Shown here: positions 40,202-52,200 of the stretch, one piece after another
Layout: the number at the start of each line of letters is the position of its first letter
How positions within the stretch are numbered: position 1 is the first letter of the stretch
Source: Tubiluchus corallicola
Taxonomy: Eukaryota > Animalia > Priapulida
Assembly: GCA_030141605.1 (NCBI GenBank)
Contig: JAQGDQ010000168.1
Coordinates: 124,001-188,000 of the forward strand
Direction: 5' to 3'
Length of the DNA stretch: 64,000 nt
Program-made: the position numbers and the translations under genes
The notes under the pieces: model-generated
Database searches by the model: none
Told to the model about the DNA's origin: nothing
Seen by the model: only the letters and a program-made list of their open reading frames with translations

Positions 40202-43200
40202 ATGGAAACTGCCGCAGAACATGTGATTGTGGGTGTGGATGTGGGTGGCACTAATACGGACGCCGTAATTTTGTTAGATGACCGTGTTTTAGGATCTGCT
40301 AAAAGAGTAACTACGCAGGATGTAACGGGCGGAGTTTTAGCCTCAATCTCTGCTGCCTTGCGAAAAGTCGCAGAAAAAGGTTAGTTCTGAAAACCAGTTC
40401 AATATCACTATTGTGATAATGTGAAAAATTGCAGTTTTGTGCCAAACTATGCAAAGTTTTGCCTGATTTGCAGATTTTTCTGTCTTGGCGATGTTTTTGT
40501 GTTTCTGTGTTATGGCATGACATGCGAATGAATTCGTGACTTCTAGGAATGACTTTTATAGGGCACAAAGTGAATGTCTTGCAAGTCCACATCGGTACGA
40601 CACATTTTATTAATGCAGTTCTACAGCGAAAACGTCTTGCAAAGGTGTCAGTAATACGACTGTGTGGACAGGCTTCGACCGCATTACCTCCCTTTTGTGA
40701 TATACCTTCCGACCTTAGAAAGGTAAAAAGCATTAGCGATAACATAAAATGAATAGGTGAATTAAAAAGTACCCCTCTTGAGATTAGCTAGTAGAATTTT
40801 TTTATGTGTATACATGTCCAACTTTTCAAATCTGTTTTCCTTTTGCTTGTTTCACGGTTAAAACTAAATTGTATGAGATATTGCATTTAGGTGGAACCGC
40901 AAGTTATTTAGCAGCTAAATACTTGTAAAAGAATCTTGTACTTTTCCTACTACCTCAAAGAAATGTTTTAGTTATTGCTAGTAAATATTATAATGACGAT
41001 TTCATTATTAAAATAAATACTAAAATCAAGGTATGTTTGAGCCTTGAAAGTTCAGATGTTGTTCTCGCGTGCTGAGAAAAAAGGGATTACGTACATCTCT
41101 TTTTGCCACCTAAATCATTCTTTCTTGAATTACACAGTTAAATTCAAATTTATAGCAAAGCTCGGTAGTTTATTATGTCTGCATACCTTCCTGACAGATG
41201 TCAAAATGTTTGTTCTTTGCTCTTTGATACAATGTGCAGACATAATACAATTTTGCATTGCCTTTTCTCTTTAGTCACAAGTACTTAGAAAAACTACATT
41301 TTTGTACTACATCATACAAATCTAAAAGGCACTCACAGTATACACCTACCCAGTAAAATAGCTGAAAACATAAAAATACTGATTTCTTTAATTCATTGTC
41401 TGGTAGGACAACTAAAGAGATCTATCATTTTTTGAATTTCAGCATGTATTTGGATCATACCACTTTCTACACGGTGGTTGCCAATTTGATGGCAACGAAA
41501 TGGAGCCACTGGATATGGAAGAAGTTAGAAAAGTCTTGAAAGAAATTCATGAGAAAAACGTCAGAAATGTAGTAGTTACAGGAATTTTTTCATCGGTGAA
41601 TGCTGGTCAGGAGATTCAGGTGATTTATTTGATACATTCTCTTCCTGATCCATCTCTCTGTTAATATTTATTGTCTGACAAAAATTGTAAAGGTATTGTA
41701 GTCATCTAGCTTTTGTCGTCACAGTTCTGAATGGTTTGCTCTGAAATTACAATGTAAATTGGGGAAATAATTAATGACTTTCAGTCTTGATGAAAATCAG
41801 GTTACGTGTCTTTTCATGATTAAGTCAACAACAGTGCTGTCATACTATAAGGTTGTTGGAATCTTTGATGCTGTTGATTTTTGTAACCAGTATGCCAATT
41901 CCGCATTATTTGTACAACTTCGATCTGTAAATATGGGGTGCTGTTGCTGATGCTCAAACAATTTGTCATTTATGTACAGGGTGTAACATAACTCCTTGCC
42001 GATGAGGTACAAGAACAGAATAATTTTTTAAGTCAATGTATTGCTCAGTCATTTACGAGTCTACCATATTCTCAAATCCTCAGTATTGAGTGTGGAAGCC
42101 TTGTGCATCTCACAGAGCCTGCAATCTTGAAGCTTGTGACTGGAGCAGAACGAACTGGATGGTTTTGAAATTCACTGGACCTCAAACCTGCTGAACATAC
42201 GGGTGTTAAAGCACACTCAAATATTAGATTAACATAAAAGACATGCTTATTCTGTTATGGTGCAAGTTAAAAGTGCCTGGCTTGCTATATGGTCAGTCCA
42301 AGCACATCGTAGTCAAATTTAATCAATTAACAATGGGAGTTATCCTGGTAAATGCTGTGAAATCTAAGATGATCCAAGAACATATGAATGATCAATATTT
42401 ACAAGCTAAGCTCAGGTGGCTTTCTGCAACATGTGTTGGATGGTTTTTAGTTTGATTCTGATCTCTTCGAGCCGCCGATCATATTCCTCATAATTGCAGG
42501 CTGCAAGGTTCCCACACTAAATATTGAGGGCATGATAGATTCTCATTGATTGAGCAGTACTTCAGTGCAATAAAATGTTCTGTACTATTAGTCATAGCTT
42601 TGTGTGCCCCCTACCCATCTAAAAAAGGTTATGCTGTATTCTGCAGTATGTTTTTCTTATGTTATACCCAGTAGTACATTCTTCAATTATAATTTAACAA
42701 CTATGAGTTTCCTTGCTTACCTTTTCTGCTTTTAATCCTGATGTAATGTACCTATATACTACCAAAGTGCAAACTGCAACTTGTAATCTTTCCAATTACA
42801 GTCATTTTGATTTATATTGATTTATTTGTTTTATGCATGTGTAATTTTAGGTGAGTGAAATATTAAAAAAAGAATATCCAGGTACAAGCATAACATTATC
42901 GCATCACATTGGACAGCTAGGACTTCTGGAGCGAGAAAATGCTGCAATACTGAATGAGTGTTTAAGGCCATTGTGTAAGAAGACACTAACAGCATTTCAC
43001 CAAGCATTGAGAAAACTACACCTGCACTGTCCAATTTACCTGACTCAAAATGATGGAACACTTATCAGGTCCAGTGCAATTTTCAATTTGCTTTTAATCA
43101 GATAAAATATTCAAATTAATTGCTAAGAAATTATATCTTGGCACTTCAACACTGATTAGCCATTTGTAAGAAGGGTAAATATGAACCAATCAGTTTAAAC

Positions 43201-46200
43201 GTGCAGATAATGCCCCATGTTCATGTGTTTATACGTCTCCGTTTGAAACTCAAATCATACAATACGCATATTGTTGCCTGCCATCTAGAGTCAGGAAATG
43301 ACATAAAAATGCTCGTATTTGAAAAGCTCGTATTGCCATTTCTATGGAAATATTTCAATAGCAAAAAACGCCGTCCACCTCTGGAATTCACAGCCAGTCG
43401 AAGTCAAACGTATTAAATCATTAACTGAATTCAAAACCAAAACAAAAACATTAATGATGTCAAAATTTGAATTCGTAACTTACTAATATGACAACTTACA
43501 CAGTAATGCAGAATTCATTTGCCCCAGGCCATATTTAAACGGCTTAATTTTACGGATAGCTAGTTTGAAAACATGGTAAATATGTAAAGTTTAAATTTAA
43601 AGTTTTATTTTTTTGCTCCTCTAGTTGAGATTTTTAACTTTCTGATTGAGTATCTTAATATTTCGTTATGATTCCCAATATAATTGTGGCAAATAAAGGT
43701 GTTACTATACTATGCTACTAGATTCGTAATTATTTGTCTATTTATTGTGGCAGAGCTGAGAAACCGCAAGTCAGTAATTATGATAATTTATTGCTTGTAG
43801 ATAATAAAGATGTTACTATACTTTTTATACTATATATTTACATCTTTTTTGAAGTAGTTACAGAGAAATTGGTTCAATGAAAAAGTGTTTATAGATTATT
43901 TATTACCATTTTGTTAATTCATTAACAGCGAAAGCTTTGACATGCAATTTTTTCTTGTTGATACAGTTTATTTCTTATTTATAGCTGTCAGTGTAAATTT
44001 GCTATATTTTTCATCTATCTAATCAAATATTATTTTGTTAATTAAGATGGTGATGATGCTAACTACAACTAATGTACATTGCTTATGAGCTGTATTTTGA
44101 CATCAGAATTCATATAATGTAGAAATATTTAGAAAGTGGATATATTATGGCATCACAATACACGAGGAATTGCATAAAAATAACAGTTTAAGTGGAAAAG
44201 TGGAATACATTACTTTATCTCATTTTATCTCATACATTTTTTTCTCATTTTATGTAGCTCAGAGAAAGCCTTACAGTTTCCTGTGCACACATTCGCTTCT
44301 GGTGCAACAAACAGTATGAGGGGAGCAGCATTCCTTTCGGGATTAAAGGAAGCCATTGTCTGCGACATTGGTGGCACCAGTACTGATGTCGGTGCTCTTG
44401 TTTGTGGCTTCCCTCGTGAAGCTTCAGCACATATTGAGGCAATTTGTTTGATATATATTTACTTTGACAAGTATTTTTGAAGGTGCATGAAAAATTTGTA
44501 GTTTAGGGTTTGAGTTGAGGGTTTATGATTACACTTACCAATTAATTACAAAATAGCAGGTTATTGTGGTGTATTGCAGTTGATAGTTTCAAAATATTAT
44601 TTCAGGTTGGAGAAGTTCGTACTAATTTCCGGATGCCAGACGTGACAAGTATTGGCCTTGGAGGTGGTTCCATTGTATCAGAGTCAAATGTAAGTTTCTT
44701 TAATGAACAGTGATAGGTCTAAAGAACAACAAATGCAGTAACCATGCTTTGATTACAGCACTGGTATTAGCGAAATGAATTAGCTCTTCCTAATGACTAA
44801 ATAATATCAGTAGCATCACACTGTAAGTTTGTCCTAATCAGTGACAGTGTGCCACTGCCACAATTAATTTGACCTAACTTCATCTATAGTAAGTCTTTTC
44901 TAGACATTGCCTAATTGCATTGCCAATTAGTTTATGAACCTCTATTTTTATTAAAATAAAGGGATATTTAAAATGCTTTAGCCTACACAAATGCACCAGC
45001 AATCCACCAAAAAGGTCACATTGTGCTCAAAGTGGGAAATTCGCGTCTTTTTAAGAAGTACAAATTGACATCTTTTCTCATTAATAACAGGGTCAGCTCT
45101 GTAAACTAGTACAAAGAACAGAGAAAGTAACATATCCTTGTCATCTTATCTATTCAAGCCATTCTTTGCATTAACATCTACAAACTTCATTTTATAGAAG
45201 AAGATTCATGTTGGACCCCTGAGTGTTGGATACAAACTTTCCACGGAGGGACAAGTTTTTGGTGGAAAGACACTTACTGCAACTGATATTGCTGTTGCGG
45301 CTGGAACGTGTGTGATTGGTGACGAAAGTAATGTAATAGCAACAAAAGACATTATCACATCGGCTGTAGATACCATTCATGAAAAGTTAGAGCATGTCAT
45401 AGATCTAATGAAGGTATTTTAATTAAAATGCAGTTTTTATGGCTAAGTATCCCATGTGATATATGATGTGTGAGTTAATTATTGGTTATTAATTAAAAAG
45501 CAAATAAGAAATTTTGAACTTGACGAACCTACGATAGAAGGAAATAATTTACATGGTGCTAAAAATTCCGTGTTTCATAAGCAAAGATTTGTTATCGAGA
45601 GTCCTGAACTCACTGCTGTGGCCAATCAATTTTTCCCCACTATTCAATTCAAAATTGAGTTATCACACATCACAGTCCAACAAAATTTATTTGCTTTATC
45701 CTTTATTTGATGTGTAATGTTGCTCCATCAACATATTAGTTTTTCCAATCAGTTTTAATGCTTGATGGATGTTTAGTAGTAGAGTAATTTGTTTCAAACC
45801 GTGTTCTAAATTGCAACTATGCTTATTTTTTATTCAAACAGGTTAGTGCTGAAGAGGTGCCTGTTGTCCTTGTTGGAGGCGGTAGCATTCTTGTAGATCG
45901 AGGCAGAAGAATTAAAGGTGTTTCTAGATTTGTCCAGCCTAATCATTTTCATGTGAGTTGTAGCTAATATCGTGTTTGTAACTGTGTATGACATTAGTCT
46001 AAAACTAGAAGTCGGCACCAGTTATACTTAAAGAAATTTCATTTTGATGTATCATGGTAGCTTTCTATCTGACAGTGGTACAAATCCTAAGCAATAAAAG
46101 CATAAAAATGTCATACAATTAAATGAGACATTATTATTGTTAGCTGCTAGAAATCAAAATTAAAAGTCTGAGGTTTTTGTCTGAACAGAGCTTCTTCAAC

Positions 46201-49200
46201 GATATTTTTCTGAAGCAATAGGCAATGTGGAATGATTGCAGGTTGTATGCATTTTGTTACTTTCATTATGATGATGGTCTCAACTTCAATATTTTTCATT
46301 ATTTGTGATTTTTAAAATTATGAGATCTTTAAATGCTGTTGACCTGGTAAGCTGTTTATTTTACATCAAGCTAACGTATCTTGACTGTTTAAATGCTCAT
46401 GGTTGTTTCAAAGTAGATTTTGTTGACAAGCATTCTTGCTATTGCTCACTTTCAGGTCGCTAATGCAGTCGGTGCAGCATTAAGTCAAGTGAGTGGTTCA
46501 GTTGACACTGTAGCCAATTTGACAATAGTGACGAGGGATGAAGCTATTAAACAGGGCAAACAACAGGCCATAGAAGCTGCTGTCAAGGCTGGGGCTAAAA
46601 GAGACACTATAGAGGTGATCAATCAAACGTTATCTAAGTATTAATTTCTTGCAGACCTTGACTATACATGATGATTTTTTATATAGATTATTTTAAACAA
46701 TTTCTAACTCTAGTTAGAAAAGAAAATGTGAAATCTGGTCCAGAAAATTCTTATAGCTAATTTACTAGCAATAAGAAATATCTGTTTAAAGCAAGTGAAT
46801 GTTGTTGCTAACATGGCAATAATTTGCTGATAAAGAATTACACAGATAAAGAGGCCCGAAAAAATAGCAGCTGTTCTGGTGATATGGGTTTTCTTGCTAA
46901 TGAAACATGCATTTAATACATTGCAGATTGTTGAGATCACTGATATACCTCTTACGTATCTTCCTGGAAATGCTACAAGAATTAAAGCAAAAGCTGTGGG
47001 TCAATTAGATCACTTTCGACTGCATCACGAAGGTTTGCTTGCCTTTCTTTAATTAATTGTGCATTGAAATAACTTTAAGTTTTATTTCACGTGTATTTCC
47101 GTGGACAATGATTTTGTAATTTTGTAATCTTTCTCACAGCATGTTCATTGTTAGCCCATTTTGCAGGTCTGCTGAGATTAAAAACAGTTTTCAAATTAAA
47201 TTTCAGTAGTGTCTCCTGGTCTGATGGAAGATGGTGATGCCACTGGAGATGTAGAAGAAGATGAGAAATTCAGCACCACTTTATCTTCAGTTGCTAAACA
47301 CACAGTGAGCGGTTTAGCATTTGAAAGTGTTAGTGCAGGTATAAATGTTCTAATATTACTTTCTTGAAACCAACTGGTACTAGCTAGACTGTACACTTTG
47401 AAAATTGTTAGAAGAAATTACCAGTTTCTTCGGGCCTGTTAACTAACAGCTCTTGATTTTATTATTTAAACTAGCTTCATCCTTTGTCAGTGCTTTGAAA
47501 AAATATCATCTTTTTACGATATTTTGCAACTTGTTACAATTCACACAGAACACAGTATAACAATTAAATGATTTACCACGACGATGACAGTTTCAATAGC
47601 CAAAGTTAGTTAGTCAATATTGCTATTTTTCACTTACATTCAATGAGCACCATGAACTTTGTAATGCAATTGCTAGTACTGTATTACAAGCTGCAGTCTT
47701 CTGAATATATAATTAAACATTAACCATAAGTTGGACTCAAAAATTAAGATCTGTATTCTGAGGATACACAAGTGTGAACTAAAGTTTAAACAGCTGTGGA
47801 ACACTTAATTTGGTTAAAACCTTTAAACAAATTCCGTGTGCGTACAACGAAACTGTGAAAAGGCTTACTAGTGTATTTAAGAATATGTTTAATTTCTGCT
47901 TTTAGAAGCTTCTGATGCTGCTGCTGTTTGTGCTGATGTAAAACCCAATGTGGCAGATGGCGTGTGGTACCTTACCGAACAGGATATAGAATGCCTGGCA
48001 GTCGGTGCAGGTATATTAGGTGTCGGTGGTGGTGGACATCCGTATGTGGGAAAGATGCGAGCTCTGCAACAACTTCGGAAGGGAAACCATGTGCGCATTA
48101 TCAAGCCAGAAAGGTTTGTCCAATTGTTATTTGTTTATATGTACAAGGTTGGTAATTTTGAAGTGCAAATAAGTGAATTTTGTGTTTTCATTAACTTTAC
48201 TGTTCCATTCAGGAGAATCTTGGCTATCCAATTATGCTATTTGTTAAGCATTTATAAGCGATTTAATTGGATAAAATTAAGAAAAATTAAGAAAAACTAA
48301 GCAACAATACTCTAACTTAGCCTATTGAGTAGCTTAATCTGGTGTACACTTGTGCGTTCGTACACTCTATTCTGTTTTATTGATAGCCTGCTTGCTACAG
48401 CTCAAGCTGTGCAGAGTTCTGTTGCTATACCAGGAAAAACCAACCGATCAGCCAAGCAGAAATTAAGGTTGTTTCATCATTTAAGAGAAATTTCTCCTTA
48501 AAAATAGAGTGGACTTGAAGCCAAAATGTATCAGAGTGTTGTGTCTGGATCATTGAAGTTTTCTACATTAGCCGATTGTATGCAAGTGATACTGTACAAT
48601 GTTACAGTGCAAACACTGCAGTTATTGAAATTATTTTCAATATTTTTGTCAATAATCAATTTTTAATTTGTCTGTTGTAAGCAAATGCATTTCACATATA
48701 ATTTTGCATGAAAATCCATTGTGCAAGGAGTAGAACCTACAAAATTTTTTAAATATAACGTAATTGCTGCTTAGTGAGAGAATCTATGCTGAATGCAGCA
48801 AATGCTTACAGCCTGAAGGAGTACTGTGTGTGCCCTGAAACTTGTAACCACTTGCTAATGCTTATTGGTAATACTTGTCATATTAAGTTGTTATTCTGTA
48901 TGCTTAGACACAGAAGTTAAACAACATCAAGGCCTGGTCAGTGAGTGGATGAGTGACTGCTTGTCTTATTACTTGTTTTTTGTGGTTTCACCCAAAGTAT
49001 TTACCTTTTGCGGGAATATATGTACATATTTGAATGTAGCTAAGATACCCTCTCTATATATTATTGCAAATGCACCATTCTTCAGGAAACTGCAGCCTAA
49101 TGCATCACTTAGGTACATTGAAAGGTATGAAAAATGCGTTGCAAATATACCGTGACATAAAAGATGCAGTATATGTATAATTTTATATATATATATAATA

Positions 49201-49209
49201 TATATATAT

Positions 49210-49244
<35 letters not shown>

Positions 49245-52200
49245 CAGTGTAATAATCGCATTAAAACAATATGCGAAAAAAAATTTATTTAAAAAATTTG
49301 TAAAATATATAACTGTAGATAGTTTTTATAGGTATTGTCACTTATGCTCAGAATTTTGCTGAATTTTGTTATTCTTTGTCACTGAAAAGATTGAAAGGGT
49401 GCAGAATATCACATCATAAGAATGAAAGAATGCAGAATGAAGGGATTACGCTGGGAGCAAAAACAAACAGAAAAATCCTGTATTACCTAGGACAGAGTCG
49501 TTCATTTCAGATCCTTTGAAGTATGATCTTCGACACAAAATGAAAGGGTCGCTAATTTTCTTTCGTAGTTGTTGCCATAGCCATTTCACCTTTGGTTTGT
49601 AGTGCATGAATGTCATTTTTTATTTCACAGTGTCTCCCTTTCTGAGTTAGTGGCTGGTGTAATGATGATGGGGGCACCACTAGTGTTCATTGAAAAGCTG
49701 TTTAACAATTTTGAAACCAGTTCTGCATTCGATGCCGTCCGTCAATGCATGTGCTTAGGTGACATTGCCACAGTGGCCAGTCGCATCGAAAGTAAGTTTG
49801 CATAACTGTTATTTTTCTTTAGAATTGCCACTGATGGGTTGATTGCTTGCGTAGCGATGATGGGGGCACCACTTGTACTGGTAGAGAAGCTGATAAGTAA
49901 TAGAGAATCGGGAGCAGCATTTGAATCAGTCAGGCAACTGCTTTGTAGTGGCATGTACAGGGATGGAGACATTGACAAAAGTAAGTGGCTTGCTGTTACT
50001 TTTGTGCTCCAACCAAGTCATCAGACATTTGCAGAAAGAAGTAGCTTCTGTGCTTAATGAGAATGGACCATTATATTTTTCAGCCAATACCAAAATTCCA
50101 GGATTGAAGTGCCTAGAAGCATTTTAGGTATGAGGCAGCTTCCCACAAAGATTAGATTCTGCTTTTACTACTGATTTTTTTTATAAAGCTTTAGAATTTT
50201 GATAACATTTAGAAGGGAAAACTGGTTTGATTTCCAGTTTCTTATTTAGCAGCATTTCAATGATCACTTGCAGCATGTTCTGTGGCATCTATATAAAAAA
50301 CTAACTGCATGCTTGCTTTAAATTTTATGCTGTCAGATGGTAATGCATTTTGCATATTGCTTTGCAAGGCTTTCTGTTATTTGTGCTACATTCCTGTGCT
50401 CATTACTTTCTGGCCAACTGCAAAGAAAAAGTTTTTGATAAAAATGCTTGCTTGCAAATTTAACATTATTACAAACATAAATAGCAAATACAGTATAATT
50501 GAGTGCATGAAATATCTGAATTACATCACTAACTAGCCAACAGTAAACAGATGCACAACAAGTGTCAGATGTCTCATAAGTAATAAAGTGTTGTCAACAT
50601 GTCACAGCAGTGTGAAAGACCTTAACTTTGCTTGAATGATGATAGGAGCTAGTGCTCATTGAAAAGCTGCTAAACAATTTTGAAACCAGTTCTGCATTTG
50701 AAACTGTCCGGCAGTACATGTGCTTAGGTGGCATTTCAGCAGTTTTTGATCATCTGCACAGTAAGTGTACCGTCCCAGCTCCTTGGCATGCTGCAACAAG
50801 CGTAAATAGTTTGTTTGTTTGTTTGTTTATCAACAAGTGTAAAGTATGTAGAAGCTTCTCAATCTTGTTAAATCTTTGAAAGTAAGTGATGTGCTATCTA
50901 AACTCACTTGTAAAAGAGAAAAAACATTCACATTACTTCAAACACATTTTTAAAATGACTTTGATGATATTTTTCATTTTTTGAAAACCTGAAATTTTTA
51001 GTTGCTTGCATGTTATTTTTTTCTTTAATTATGCTGCTTGCTGGGTTGTGTTGTATTTAAGAGCAGCACAAACTTCGAATCAAACTATATTTTGTTATTT
51101 TGTTATATTTCTTAAATAATTTGTTATAATTGTGCTTGTTCACTCTAGTAATCAATTTTCTCTAGAGTCTGGACTGAATGTAGAGGAGGGACCTGGAACA
51201 AAATTCATCAACAATTTCCCTGCTGATTTCTACAAAGGTAAACAAAAGAGTCCAGAACCATTTGCTGCCATCATGTCGTGTGAAATTGGAGGTGTGAATT
51301 CGATGGAACCTCTCGCAATTGGTGGTGAACTTGATCTTCCTGTCCTAGATGGAGACGGGCTTGGACGGGCATGGCCAGAACTTCAGGTACATGAGTTTAT
51401 GTGGCTTTTATATGAAAACCGCACAGAAAACCCCACTAAACTATAAACTTATAACAAAAGCGGCGTTTACCCTTGACCAGCTGGCTCTTCCGGCAGCTAA
51501 GATCACTGCTGAGCTGTTGCATTATGTATCAAGGGTGACCATCAGTTACTATAGACAGTAACGCAGAATATTTTTGCAGTACTAATGTTTTCAGCATTAC
51601 ATTTGGCATTGGAAAACTTAGTCATTTCTAACGAATGATTTGTTTGAGTCCAGTTAAAAATATCTGGTCTTTAGGCACCACATCTGCATTTGAAAACTAT
51701 GGTCTCTTATTATTATGTGTATTAACGTTCACTGCTACCAGTTTTTTGCTCATATTCAAAAAAAATTTTTACTTGCGTTTTCCTACTGCAGACTAAACAA
51801 AACGCACAAGTAAAAGCATCCATGGTGCTTTAATGTGTTTTGGCACATTTGCAGCACTTTAAGCAACACCGAGCAAAATTGTTAGCACGAACCTACCCTA
51901 ATGTATATTCCAGTTGTTTAAGCTAACCAGTTTGACACCTGCCTGACCAGTTTAACACAGGGCAAGTCTATACTGTAGTCACTTGCCATGGTCACTGATA
52001 ACCTTTTTCATGTAAAAGCCATATTACAATAATACCTTTTTTAGAGATTGTCCTTGCTTGAGGATAGTCTTCTTTACTGATGTAGCAAACATCTATCACT
52101 TTGAGGTAAAACTTTATCTTTATTCTGTGTGAGATTACCTATGTAACAGTACATTAGAGAGAGTATGAAGCATAGGTGCACATAATGCGAGGGCTGATGC

